Below, piece by piece: positions 7,249 through 16,235 of a DNA stretch of 36,512 bases. The DNA is from a virus (taxonomy: Duplodnaviria; Caudoviricetes): positions 1-36,512 of IMG/VR virus record IMGVR_UViG_3300037195_000603, one strand, 5' to 3'. The position numbers and the translations under genes are program-made. How positions within the stretch are numbered: the first letter of the stretch is position 1; every line of letters begins with the position of its first letter. The notes under the pieces are model-generated. The model saw nothing but the letters and a program-made list of their open reading frames with translations, ran no database searches and had not been told where the DNA came from.

Positions 7249-8124
7249 ATGCAAAAACCCCTTATCGGTTTTATCGGACAAGGGTTCATTGGCGGATCTT
7301 ACGCTGATGACTATGAAAACCGAGGCTATGAAATTGTCAGATACTCTCACAATCGCTTTAAACAAAACAAGGAGAAGATTAAGGACTGTGACATCGTATT
7401 CATTGCTGTTCCTACTCCTACTACTCCCGACGGGTTTGACGATTCTATTCTTCAGGGGGTTCTTCCGCTCGTTGGTGATGGAAAGACTGCGGTCATCAAG
7501 TCAACGATGCAGGTCGGAACAACAGAGAAGTTCCAAAAGATGTTCCCAGACAAGTTCATCTTCCACTCACCAGAGTTCTTAACAGAGAAGACAGCAGCAC
7601 ATGATGCAGCTCATCCTGATAGGAACATCATAGGTATCACTGACAAGGAAGGAGCTAACGAAAAAGCTAATCAAGTTATTGCCTCTCTACCGTTTGCTCC
7701 CATACAGATGATATGTGACAGCAAGGAAGCAGAGCTGATCAAGTACGGTGGAAATTGCTGGTTCGTATTCAAAGTCCTCTATATCAATATGCTTTACGAT
7801 CTATGCAAAGTTAACGGATGTGACTACGACATAGTGAGCTACGGCATGAGTGGAGATCCTCGCATAGGGCACACTCACCTAACGGCTGTTCACTCAGGGA
7901 GAGTGGATGAGAATAGAGTTGAGGGTAGAGGAGCAGGGGGACATTGCTTTATCAAAGACTTTGCGGCATTTCGTGAGATGTATGAGAAGCACCTTCCTGT
8001 GGATGATTGTCCACGGGATGGTCTAGCCATGCAGCTCCTAGACGCTGCGGAGACTTACAACAAACACTTACTCACAGAGACAGGTAAAGACCTGGATCTA
8101 CTAAGAGACGTATATGGAGAATAA
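7249..8124 (+). CDS. ugd: UDP-glucose/GDP-mannose dehydrogenase family protein (short, no C-terminal UDP-binding domain)
   Basis: GQGFIG Rossmann motif, FIAVPTP, VIKST, SPEFL, AELIKY, DPRIG and catalytic GAGGHCFIKD. Confidence 0.9.
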   Translation: MQKPLIGFIGQGFIGGSYADDYENRGYEIVRYSHNRFKQNKEKIKDCDIVFIAVPTPTTPDGFDDSILQGVLPLVGDGKTAVIKSTMQVGTTEKFQKMFPDKFIFHSPEFLTEKTAAHDAAHPDRNIIGITDKEGANEKANQVIASLPFAPIQMICDSKEAELIKYGGNCWFVFKVLYINMLYDLCKVNGCDYDIVSYGMSGDPRIGHTHLTAVHSGRVDENRVEGRGAGGHCFIKDFAAFREMYEKHLPVDDCPRDGLAMQLLDAAETYNKHLLTETGKDLDLLRDVYGE

Positions 8125-8323
8125 GAAAAACAGAACAGTCGCTATTCTACTCGCGTTCTTTCTTGGGGGATTAGGTATTCAATGGTTCTACCTAAACAAG
8201 CCACTCAATGGAATTATCTCATTCCTATTCTGTTGGACATTCATCCCAGCACTTGTGGCACTATTTCAAATTGTTATGTGGCTCATGATGAATGATGCTA
8301 AATTCGCAGAGACCTATGGCTAA
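8114..8323 (+). CDS. TM2 domain membrane protein
   Basis: KNRTVAILLAFFLGGLGIQWFYL...LFCWTFIP is the TM2 signature. Confidence 0.85.
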   Translation: MENKKNRTVAILLAFFLGGLGIQWFYLNKPLNGIISFLFCWTFIPALVALFQIVMWLMMNDAKFAETYG

Positions 8324-9182
8324 ATGTCTTGTTACAGGAGCAGCAGGATTTATTGGTCATAACCTTGTTGGCCGTCTTCTTAAGGACGGTAATTTGGTTA
8401 TAGGCATGGATAACTTCCTGACTGGTTCTAAAGAAAATGTTCAAGAGCACGAAAACTACACCTTCATGGAGTATGATCTGACATGGGAAACACCTCACAT
8501 TGATGATGTGGACTACGTGTTCCACCTAGCAGCACTTCCACGTGTGCCAGTTTCTTTTGATGAACCATATAAAAGTCTGACAAACAACATAATTCCAACG
8601 ATTAACGCGCTTGAGATCTGTAGAAAGTCATGTGCCAAGATGATTTATTCATCCTCTAGCTCTATCTACGGGAACCAGATTAGTTATCCAACAAATGAGG
8701 AAGCCTCCAAACACATGATGAGTCCGTATGCTCGTGCTAAGTGGATAGGTGAGGAGCTATGCCTTGAATACGAACAAGCCTTTGATGTTCCGTTTGTAGC
8801 ATTGCGTTACTTCAATGTTTATGGGCCTGGTATGACATCAGGTGGTTATGCCACTGCGATTAAGATATTCTTAGAACAAAGGGCAGAGGACAAACCCCTG
8901 ACTGTGACAGGAGATGGGGAGCAAATGCGAGATTTCACCCATGTGGATGACGTTGTTAATGCGAACATCAAGTGCATGAAGAAGGGATCAGGAGCCTTTA
9001 ACATAGGCGCAGGTTCACCACGTAAGATCATAGATATAGCCCGAATGATCTCAGATGACATTCAGTTTATTGATAAGCGAAATGAACCACACCTGAATCA
9101 CGCTGACTATACAAAAGCAAAGAGAGAGCTTGACTGGCTACCTCTTGCACATTTTGATGACAAACTAAACGAACTTTTATGA
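8316..9182 (+). CDS. NAD-dependent nucleotide-sugar epimerase/dehydratase (extended SDR)
   Basis: TGAAGFIG, HLAA, SSSSIYG, YARAK (YxxxK), LRYFNVYGP, GDGEQMRDF. Confidence 0.93.
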   Translation: MAKCLVTGAAGFIGHNLVGRLLKDGNLVIGMDNFLTGSKENVQEHENYTFMEYDLTWETPHIDDVDYVFHLAALPRVPVSFDEPYKSLTNNIIPTINALEICRKSCAKMIYSSSSSIYGNQISYPTNEEASKHMMSPYARAKWIGEELCLEYEQAFDVPFVALRYFNVYGPGMTSGGYATAIKIFLEQRAEDKPLTVTGDGEQMRDFTHVDDVVNANIKCMKKGSGAFNIGAGSPRKIIDIARMISDDIQFIDKRNEPHLNHADYTKAKRELDWLPLAHFDDKLNELL

Positions 9183-9478
9183 CACAAGACGAGTATTTAC
9201 TAGATTTTATTCAGCAAAAAGAGAAACTCCTTTGGGGAGTTCAGTGGGAACTTGAGTTTGCTAAGACACATCATGGTGACCTTCTCAAGGAAGGAGCACT
9301 TGAGGCAGCACGGGACGAATTATTTAAGTCAAAGAATCAGGACGATGAAGACTTACACGCCGAGTATGAGCAGAAGGTTAATGATGTGCGTGACACAATT
9401 AAAGTTGTTCAGCGTCTTGAGCAAACAGCAGATGATTTAACAGCACAAATAGATTACTTTAAGTCTCTATGCATCTAG
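9179..9478 (+). CDS. Hypothetical coiled-coil protein
   Basis: ATGA overlap, helical composition. Confidence 0.6.
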   Translation: MTQDEYLLDFIQQKEKLLWGVQWELEFAKTHHGDLLKEGALEAARDELFKSKNQDDEDLHAEYEQKVNDVRDTIKVVQRLEQTADDLTAQIDYFKSLCI

Positions 9479-10077
9479 AATTTTCTTTTGATGATGGACA
9501 CAAGATGGATCTCTATATTGGAAGGCTATTGAAGAAACATGGATTTAGGGGGATGTTTTATATTCCAACACTTAGACATCCAATAGATGGATTGGATGAA
9601 GATGAAATCAAAACACTTGCAAAGGATCACGACATAGGCTTTCACAGTTATTCACATCCGTCGGATCTAAAAGACAGCAAGGATATTGAGATGGAAGTGA
9701 CAAAGGGTAAGGACAAGTTGGAGAAGTTGATAGGCAGAAAGATAACGTCATTTTGTTATCCTAAAGGCAGGTATAATGAGGAAGTTATAGAAGCATTAAA
9801 GAGGCATGGGTATACGGAAGGGCGAACTGTTGATGTTGGAAAGATTGAGAATTGTTTTGAACCATTTCGTAAGCCAACAACCATGCACTTTAGGCCAGAC
9901 AAGAAGGAGTGGAATGGTTTTGAGTGGTTGCCAATGGCTAAGAATCTCTTTCTTGAGGCACAGATGCTTGAGGAAAGGGGATACTTTCACGCATGGGGAC
10001 ACGCATCTGAGTTAAATAAATTTAGAATCTGGAGGGAATTTGATGAATTGTTAGCTTTTATGGAAGAAAACCTATGA
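9469..10077 (+). CDS. Polysaccharide deacetylase (CE4/NodB)
   Basis: SFDDG, HSYSH, FCYPKG and FHAWGH motifs. Confidence 0.88.
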   Translation: MHLEFSFDDGHKMDLYIGRLLKKHGFRGMFYIPTLRHPIDGLDEDEIKTLAKDHDIGFHSYSHPSDLKDSKDIEMEVTKGKDKLEKLIGRKITSFCYPKGRYNEEVIEALKRHGYTEGRTVDVGKIENCFEPFRKPTTMHFRPDKKEWNGFEWLPMAKNLFLEAQMLEERGYFHAWGHASELNKFRIWREFDELLAFMEENL

Positions 10078-11012
10078 AAATATTCATGCCTCACGCTTCC
10101 AGTAAGAATACTGGGGGTGGATCTACGTTCGTACGCAACCTAAAAGACGGGGTTTCAGATGATATTCAGTTTGTTAACTCACTGGATGAGGCACAGATTT
10201 TGTTTATTCCAGGTGTAACACTATGCAGTAGACCAACATTCCGTGAGGCTATTGCAAAGGAGAAACTGATTGTCACTCGCGTAGATAACATTCCAGAGGA
10301 TCACAGGAACAGAGGTACAGGTATTCCACGGCTAAGGGATTTTGCAGAGCAGTCCCATTTCGTTATCTTCCAGAGTGAGTGGTCAAAGCACGTAGTGGGT
10401 CAGATTACAGGGGAAAAGGGTGTGGTAATCTATAACGGCGTAGATACTAAGATATTCTATCCAGACGAAAGCCAGAGAGAAGATAAGCCCACATTCATCT
10501 ATGTTAAGCACTCAAGGAATGAATGCAAACGATTTCAAGAAGCTCAAGTTCTTTTTCGTGAATATGCAAGGTCACATGAAGCAAAGCTCATCGTGGTTGG
10601 AAAATTCAGTGACGACATCGTACGTTATAACCTCGGATTCTATGATGGTGAAGACGTGGAATTCTTGGGGATACTCAATCACCTGCAACTGGCAGAGCAA
10701 TACAGACGAGCACACGCACTGATCTTCCCTTCTTTTGGTGACTCCTGCCCAAATGTAGTTCTTGAGGCAATGGCAAGTGGATGTAGAGTTCTTCACCATC
10801 CATGGGGAGGTACAGCAGAGTTGGTTGGAAGTACTGGTCCACAACTTCGTTATGGAAAAGTAAATACTCCATCTACTCTTATGTATGATGCTGTTGAATA
10901 TGTAAAAGAGGAAATGGGAACAGGTAATCCTAGAGAACGAGTCATGGAGAATTTCACACTTGAAAAAATGGTAGAGCAATACGAAGGAATATTTAAACTT
11001 TGCGTAAGATAA
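10074..11012 (+). CDS. Glycosyltransferase family 4 (GT-B)
   Basis: GGGST, IYNGVD, FPSFGDSCPNVVLEAMASG. Confidence 0.9.
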   Translation: MKIFMPHASSKNTGGGSTFVRNLKDGVSDDIQFVNSLDEAQILFIPGVTLCSRPTFREAIAKEKLIVTRVDNIPEDHRNRGTGIPRLRDFAEQSHFVIFQSEWSKHVVGQITGEKGVVIYNGVDTKIFYPDESQREDKPTFIYVKHSRNECKRFQEAQVLFREYARSHEAKLIVVGKFSDDIVRYNLGFYDGEDVEFLGILNHLQLAEQYRRAHALIFPSFGDSCPNVVLEAMASGCRVLHHPWGGTAELVGSTGPQLRYGKVNTPSTLMYDAVEYVKEEMGTGNPRERVMENFTLEKMVEQYEGIFKLCVR

Positions 11013-11029
11013 CTATGAAGCCAAGTCAG

Positions 11030-11055
11030 TCACCTTCGTGACGTCACGAAGGTGA
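11030..11055. repeat. Perfect 26-bp palindrome without a spacer
   Basis: TCACCTTCGTGAC|GTCACGAAGGTGA. Confidence 0.95.
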
Positions 11056-11089
11056 TCCTCTACGTTTTCAAAGCCTATTTAGTAAAACT

Positions 11090-11680
11090 ATGAGTTCAAA
11101 CTTCAGAATACAATTAGAGCATTTCCTTAAAACAATAGACGTAAAGGCAGAGAAAGTTTTAGATGTTGGCGGTCTTCAGTATCCAATTACAAGAAGGGTG
11201 AAGTCCTGGGATGTTAAGGAATATAAGATCTTTGACATTGAGGAAACAATGAAGGAACGTAATGCAGATTATGTTGGTGATGTCTCACGTTCGCTGGCTT
11301 ATCACGAAAGTATTGATGAGCTGGAGGATGAATGGGATGTCGTTTTTTGTTTGGAAGTTATGGAGTACGTCTTTGATCCTATCCAGACACTCAAGAATAT
11401 TCACAATTTCCTAAAGGTTGGTGGTACAGCCTACATTAGCTTCCCGTTCATCTATCCTTCACATCCACCACTGGGTACTGACTATCTGCGCTATACAGAA
11501 GATGGTGTGAACAAGGTATTACGTGAGTCGGGTTTCAAAGAAAAGGAGATCGTGGTAAGGCGCGCTGGCCCAGGACGTAGGTTACTAAAACAATTCTTTG
11601 ATGAGGAAGGTATGAAGTACCGCAAAGACGACTTCTCCTTGTTGGATCACATTGGTTACATGGCCATAGTTAAAAAATAA
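11090..11680 (+). CDS. Class I SAM-dependent methyltransferase
   Basis: VLDVGG, DVVFCLEVMEY, LKVGG, PFIYPSH...DYLRYT, a type common in glycan clusters. Confidence 0.88.
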   Translation: MSSNFRIQLEHFLKTIDVKAEKVLDVGGLQYPITRRVKSWDVKEYKIFDIEETMKERNADYVGDVSRSLAYHESIDELEDEWDVVFCLEVMEYVFDPIQTLKNIHNFLKVGGTAYISFPFIYPSHPPLGTDYLRYTEDGVNKVLRESGFKEKEIVVRRAGPGRRLLKQFFDEEGMKYRKDDFSLLDHIGYMAIVKK

Positions 11681-11681
11681 T

Positions 11682-11864
11682 ATGCAAGACAAATACACAT
11701 CAACAAGTTATCCTGAAATTCAATGTTGGACATGCAAGGAATGTGAGAATGATATGAATCTTGAGATGTATGCCAGAGAACCAGAACAAGGATTAGAATT
11801 GATTTGTAATGGATGCGACAGAGAAGTGTTTGTTGAAGGTGAGTACGAAGAAATTTTAGTTTAA
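11682..11864 (+). CDS. Small zinc-ribbon protein
   Basis: CKEC...CNGC. Confidence 0.55.
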   Translation: MQDKYTSTSYPEIQCWTCKECENDMNLEMYAREPEQGLELICNGCDREVFVEGEYEEILV

Positions 11865-12001
11865 TCCTTTTTTTGATAAGAAAATACAAACAGAAATAGA
11901 AATATTTAAACATCCAAAAATCATTCAATCTAAATTGTTGGGGTTAACATCAGAACATCAAGGCTATAACTTCTGGGGACAAATGCCAACAGCAAAATAC
12001 T

Positions 12002-13588
12002 ATGAAGATTTTAGCCATAACTGATGGGGGCAACTGGTGCCTCGACAAACTTACTAAGGTGGTTGTTGATGGAAACCCTCAGCATTCGTGGAAGGTCATG
12101 ACTGTACATCCTAAAAAGGTGGTACATCAACTTGATGAAGTTGAAAAAGCAATGGATGAGGCTGATCTTGTGTGGCATCAATACTTTCGCACAGCTACCC
12201 AACTATATGATCTTATTCCTGATTCCTTTCGTAAGTCCCCACAAGTCCTTACACACCATAATCAAAGCGATAAGGTTCTTAGGGAAGACTTTAGGTGGGC
12301 AGACTACATGGTGTGCCACACCCAAAAAATGAGAGAGAAACTAATAGAAAAAGGATATGACAAAGTTTGCGTTATACCTCATGGAATTGATCTTGATTTT
12401 TTTGATTACGATAGTAATCCTTACGAGCACGACGTATTCACTGTGGGGTATGTGGGTAGAACGAAACCATGGAAGCGCTTGGCTAAAGTGGCTGAAATAT
12501 GCAATGAGCTTTCTATTCCTATGGTTGGTATGGGTAGGCGTGATGATGGTTATGCTAATGAGGTGAACTGGGAAAACATTGATTGGCATGAGGGTGTAGA
12601 GGATGACGAGCGGTTTGAAATCTATAAGAAGATGAGTTGTTTTGTTCAATTCTCTTATGATTGTTCCAAGCATGAGGAAGCTGGCCCTATGCCACTACAT
12701 GAGGCTATGGCATCTGGTATCCCTGTGATCACAACAAACGTGGGCTTTGCACGTGACTGGATACAGGACGGTAAGAACGGACTTGTTGTTGATAACGAAC
12801 AGGATCTTAAGTACCAGCTCATTCGCCTCAAGGAAGATCCAAAGCTCTGTAAGTTACTACGCGAAAAGGCATGGGATACAGTAAAGCAGTTTTCTGAACC
12901 TAAGATGGCTATTCAGTATGAGAGATTGTTTAACCAAATAAAGTGGTCAGAGGAAGATACCGTGTCTGTTGTTATCCCCACATATCAAAGGCCAGAGCAG
13001 CTAGAGGAGATCATTGATTCCATAGAGGAACAGGAGATTAAGTCCATTGAGGTTGTGGTAGCAGATGATGATCCTGTTGGGTCTGCATTTGTAGTGGTTA
13101 AGAAGATGCGCGAAAAATATAAGCACTTGGCCATTAAGTACGTTCGGACTGGTTACTCAGGCTATGGACTCGCTCGTGCGCGCAACCTAGGGGCTATAGA
13201 AGCTCAGGGACATTACCTAGTTTTCCTTGATGACCGGTACTGCCCTGAGAAGGATGCGCTAACAAAGCTCGTCATGGGGCTTAAGGTGCGCAAGAAGAAG
13301 GCATGGGTCTTTGGTGACAAGGGAGCTGGGAAGAAAACATTTATAGAGAACTTCTCTGCTATTAGGCGTAAGGACTTCATTGACATGGGAATGTTCTGCG
13401 AAAGGATCACTGCATACGGTGGTATGAGCCAAGAATGTCGTACGCGCGCATTGCACCAGGGGTTTGACCTGGGCTATGTGCCAGAAGCAAAAGCTAAAAC
13501 AATAATTAACACTAGACGTATGCGTGGTAGGCGTAAGGATATCTGGAGAATGAAACAACTCCTTCACCGCATGGGTTTATCGCGATGA
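12002..13588 (+). CDS. Fused GT4 + GT2 glycosyltransferase
   Basis: N-terminal GT-B (IPHGID, YVGR, EEAGPMPLHEAMASGIPV). C-terminal GT-A (VSVVIPTY, VADD, ARARNLG, FLDD). Confidence 0.92.
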   Translation: MKILAITDGGNWCLDKLTKVVVDGNPQHSWKVMTVHPKKVVHQLDEVEKAMDEADLVWHQYFRTATQLYDLIPDSFRKSPQVLTHHNQSDKVLREDFRWADYMVCHTQKMREKLIEKGYDKVCVIPHGIDLDFFDYDSNPYEHDVFTVGYVGRTKPWKRLAKVAEICNELSIPMVGMGRRDDGYANEVNWENIDWHEGVEDDERFEIYKKMSCFVQFSYDCSKHEEAGPMPLHEAMASGIPVITTNVGFARDWIQDGKNGLVVDNEQDLKYQLIRLKEDPKLCKLLREKAWDTVKQFSEPKMAIQYERLFNQIKWSEEDTVSVVIPTYQRPEQLEEIIDSIEEQEIKSIEVVVADDDPVGSAFVVVKKMREKYKHLAIKYVRTGYSGYGLARARNLGAIEAQGHYLVFLDDRYCPEKDALTKLVMGLKVRKKKAWVFGDKGAGKKTFIENFSAIRRKDFIDMGMFCERITAYGGMSQECRTRALHQGFDLGYVPEAKAKTIINTRRMRGRRKDIWRMKQLLHRMGLSR

Positions 13589-13606
13589 CACCCGACCGTT
13601 CTTAAT

Positions 13607-13858
13607 ATGTCAAAAATGATAAGGAAATTGAAAGACAATTACGATTCACATGATCAGTGTCCTAAATGTCTTAGACACAATTTGAATTGGAAGAAACGTA
13701 TTCTTACTAATGAGCGTAAAAATAAAGAATTTCATTTTTGTAAATGGATCAGTTGTGGAACTACAAGATGTGGTTTTGTCTGGTTTACAAATAAGTTCAA
13801 AGTGATGAAAGGAGAAAAATGTAATTGTAAAAAACAAATTTCAATTGTTTCAATATGA
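13607..13858 (+). CDS. Basic Cys-rich hypothetical protein
   Basis: CPKC...CGTTRC, AT-rich relative to its neighbours. Confidence 0.5.
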   Translation: MSKMIRKLKDNYDSHDQCPKCLRHNLNWKKRILTNERKNKEFHFCKWISCGTTRCGFVWFTNKFKVMKGEKCNCKKQISIVSI

Positions 13859-14850
13859 GTGATTTTAAAACACCATGGGGGAAGAAATATGGTCGTAAGC
13901 TGAAGATCTTTGGAGTGCCATGGCATGTGGCTCACCAATACGAGTTAATGAAGATCCCAGAGACAGAGTGGTTCTTTCTAAAGAATCATACGAGGAAGTG
14001 GTCTGATGTTGCACGTCCTGAACCAGATAACCTGACATGGGTATCTCACTATGAGCCAGGTACATATGATTTTGCTTTAGTTCACGTAGACCAACAGTGT
14101 GTTTACCAGCCTATTGGTAAAGGCAAACTTTTCCGTGAACTTAATGAAGTGATAACGGACATTCCTAAGATCCTTATTTGTCACGGCACACCATTTTGGC
14201 CTGAGATGTATGGGTCAGAGGAGATTATTAAGATGATGTCAAAGATGATAGGGCCTCTCGCGGAGAATTGTGTAATGAATTCGGAGAGATCAGTTGAAAT
14301 GTGGGGCTTTGGACACTTCATCCGTCACGGTATTTCCCCAGAGGAATGGCCAGCACTACCAAAGGAACCAAGGATCGTTACCAGCATATCCCCAGGCGGG
14401 TTGGATGAGTATTACAACAGGAAGCTGCTAAAGGCTGTACAGGAAGACCTACGCTCGGATCACAATATTAGGCATTGCCATGTAAGTGTAGACGTAAAGC
14501 CTCAAAATCAAGAGGAATATTCAAGGTTTATTGGATCATCCCTCATTTACTTCAATCCAACACTTGAGAGCTGTATGCCACGCTCTAGGACTGAGGCATT
14601 GATGACAGGTGCATGTGTAGTAACACTTAATAACCATGACATTGGTAAGTACCTGGTGGATGGAGAGAGCGGATTCTTTGTGAAAAACAACCCAAAGGCG
14701 TGTGTAGATAAGCTTGTTGAGCTATTCTATGACTATGAGACATGTATTAAAGTGGGTATGAAGGGACGGGAAGTAGCACTAAAACACTTCACAACAGAAC
14801 AATTTATAGAGCAGTGGATAAGTCATATTAGTAATGTCTTGAACATATGA
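13855..14850 (+). CDS. Glycosyltransferase (GT-B, GT4-like)
   Basis: IRHGI, YFNPTLESCMPRSRTEALMTG, DGESGF, GREVALKHF. Confidence 0.85.
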   Translation: MSDFKTPWGKKYGRKLKIFGVPWHVAHQYELMKIPETEWFFLKNHTRKWSDVARPEPDNLTWVSHYEPGTYDFALVHVDQQCVYQPIGKGKLFRELNEVITDIPKILICHGTPFWPEMYGSEEIIKMMSKMIGPLAENCVMNSERSVEMWGFGHFIRHGISPEEWPALPKEPRIVTSISPGGLDEYYNRKLLKAVQEDLRSDHNIRHCHVSVDVKPQNQEEYSRFIGSSLIYFNPTLESCMPRSRTEALMTGACVVTLNNHDIGKYLVDGESGFFVKNNPKACVDKLVELFYDYETCIKVGMKGREVALKHFTTEQFIEQWISHISNVLNI

Positions 14851-15035
14851 AACTCTACGAAATTCCAAAAGAATCAAAGATTTATGTTGAGTCCTCAGAT
14901 GGCTCTAAGTTCATTATCTTTTATCACATAGACGGTATGTATTCGTATTGTGAAACCGAGAAAGGTGCAGTTGTTCACCTATCTGCTAGTGCCGAGCTTG
15001 CCCGGCATGAAGATGGATATAAAATTAAAGTATAA
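14847..15035 (+). CDS. Small hypothetical phage protein
   Basis: ATGA overlap, MKLYEIP...HIDGMYSYC. Confidence 0.6.
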   Translation: MKLYEIPKESKIYVESSDGSKFIIFYHIDGMYSYCETEKGAVVHLSASAELARHEDGYKIKV

Positions 15036-15040
15036 ATAAT

Positions 15041-15928
15041 ATGAATGGAGCCTTTCTATCCTTTGCCAAATACCATGGTAAAGACCGCAGTTCTATAGGA
15101 TCTACTCGCATTCGTGTTGATTGGGTAATGAAACATTGGCCTGAAGAATTCGGAACTGTAGAAGAATATAAGCAGGGGGGTAAGTATGACTTTTTGATCT
15201 ATCAGAAAGCATACTGGCCAGTACACGCAAAAATGTATCCAGGTATTAAGATTCTAGATATGTGTGACGCGGATTGGTATGACTGGGAATACTCAATTGT
15301 TGAGCATATCTGTTACATGGATGCAATCACAACGTCCACACAGAAGCTACAGAAAGCCCTACAAGCCATTGTTAGGGGTATGGTTGAGCGGGGAGACCTA
15401 GAGAATGAGATTCCTGTTGTATGGATTGATGATCGTATGGATACAGATTTTCATGAGGACAAGAAAAAAGAACATAACGACATCCTGGAATGGGTATGTT
15501 GGATGGGTTATTCACATAACCTCAAAGCACTAGACCCAGTAGTTCCATTCCTTCAAGCAAATAACTACAAACTGTGTGTTATCTCAGACAGGGCCTACAA
15601 CAAGGCGGATAAGAACTATCCATGGAAACTAGATACAGTGAATAGGGATATGATTGAGAATGACATTATGCTTAACCCAAGGCTAGATTGGGGTAAGTGG
15701 CAGTATAAGAGTGATAACAAGACAGCTACAGGCTGGGCATTAGGTCTTCCAGTAGCAAGGGACGTAGACGAATTTAAGGCTCTACTTAGCAGAGAATCAA
15801 GGGAAGAGGAAGCAAAGAAAAGACTAAAGCAGATAGAGAAGGACTATCATCCAAGAAAGTCTGCAATGGAATATGTAAAACTAATATTAGATTGTGCGGA
15901 AACTAAAATACGGGAACAGAAAGACTGA
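15041..15928 (+). CDS. Divergent GT-B-fold glycosyltransferase-like protein
   Basis: STRIR, IYQK, LDMCD, WMGYSHN and KSDNKTATGWALGLPV (resembles KSxNK...ALGLPV). Confidence 0.6.
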   Translation: MNGAFLSFAKYHGKDRSSIGSTRIRVDWVMKHWPEEFGTVEEYKQGGKYDFLIYQKAYWPVHAKMYPGIKILDMCDADWYDWEYSIVEHICYMDAITTSTQKLQKALQAIVRGMVERGDLENEIPVVWIDDRMDTDFHEDKKKEHNDILEWVCWMGYSHNLKALDPVVPFLQANNYKLCVISDRAYNKADKNYPWKLDTVNRDMIENDIMLNPRLDWGKWQYKSDNKTATGWALGLPVARDVDEFKALLSRESREEEAKKRLKQIEKDYHPRKSAMEYVKLILDCAETKIREQKD

Positions 15929-16235
15929 AGTAGACGGAATTCTCTTTGATTCAAAGAAGGAGGCTGCTTATTATTGTGAGCTTAAACTAAGGAAAAAGGC
16001 AGGAGATATATTCAATTTTGATCTACAACCTGTATATGAACTACAGACTGCATTCCGTGACAATAGCGGTAAACACATAAGAGCAATTACATACAAGGCG
16101 GACTTTGTTGTGTATGAAGATGGGAAAACTACTATTGTAGATGTCAAAGGAATGAAGACAGAAGTGTTCAAGATCAAGTGGAAAATGCTAAAGTATAAGT
16201 ATAGAGAACGCGGATATGAATTTTTACTTGTATGA
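15894..16235 (+). CDS. DUF1064 family PD-(D/E)xK nuclease-like protein
   Basis: KYGNRKTEVDGILFDSKKEA, LQPVYEL, YKADF, DVKG. Confidence 0.88.
   Translation: MRKLKYGNRKTEVDGILFDSKKEAAYYCELKLRKKAGDIFNFDLQPVYELQTAFRDNSGKHIRAITYKADFVVYEDGKTTIVDVKGMKTEVFKIKWKMLKYKYRERGYEFLLV

Noticed and set aside
7074-7289. 71-aa minus-strand ORF over the GC-rich element
   Set aside because: It opposes the operon direction, overlaps ugd and has no motifs. It is likely a by-product of high GC.
11030-11055. Protelomerase (telRL) site of a linear plasmid prophage
   Set aside because: No protelomerase or tyrosine-recombinase-like gene or ParA found, and the site sits mid-operon.
7249-15928. Glycan genes as a T4-like DNA glucosylation or Gtr-type serotype-conversion system
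   Set aside because: No hydroxymethylase, phage DNA polymerase, GtrA flippase or polytopic GT recognised. Not formally excluded, but unsupported.
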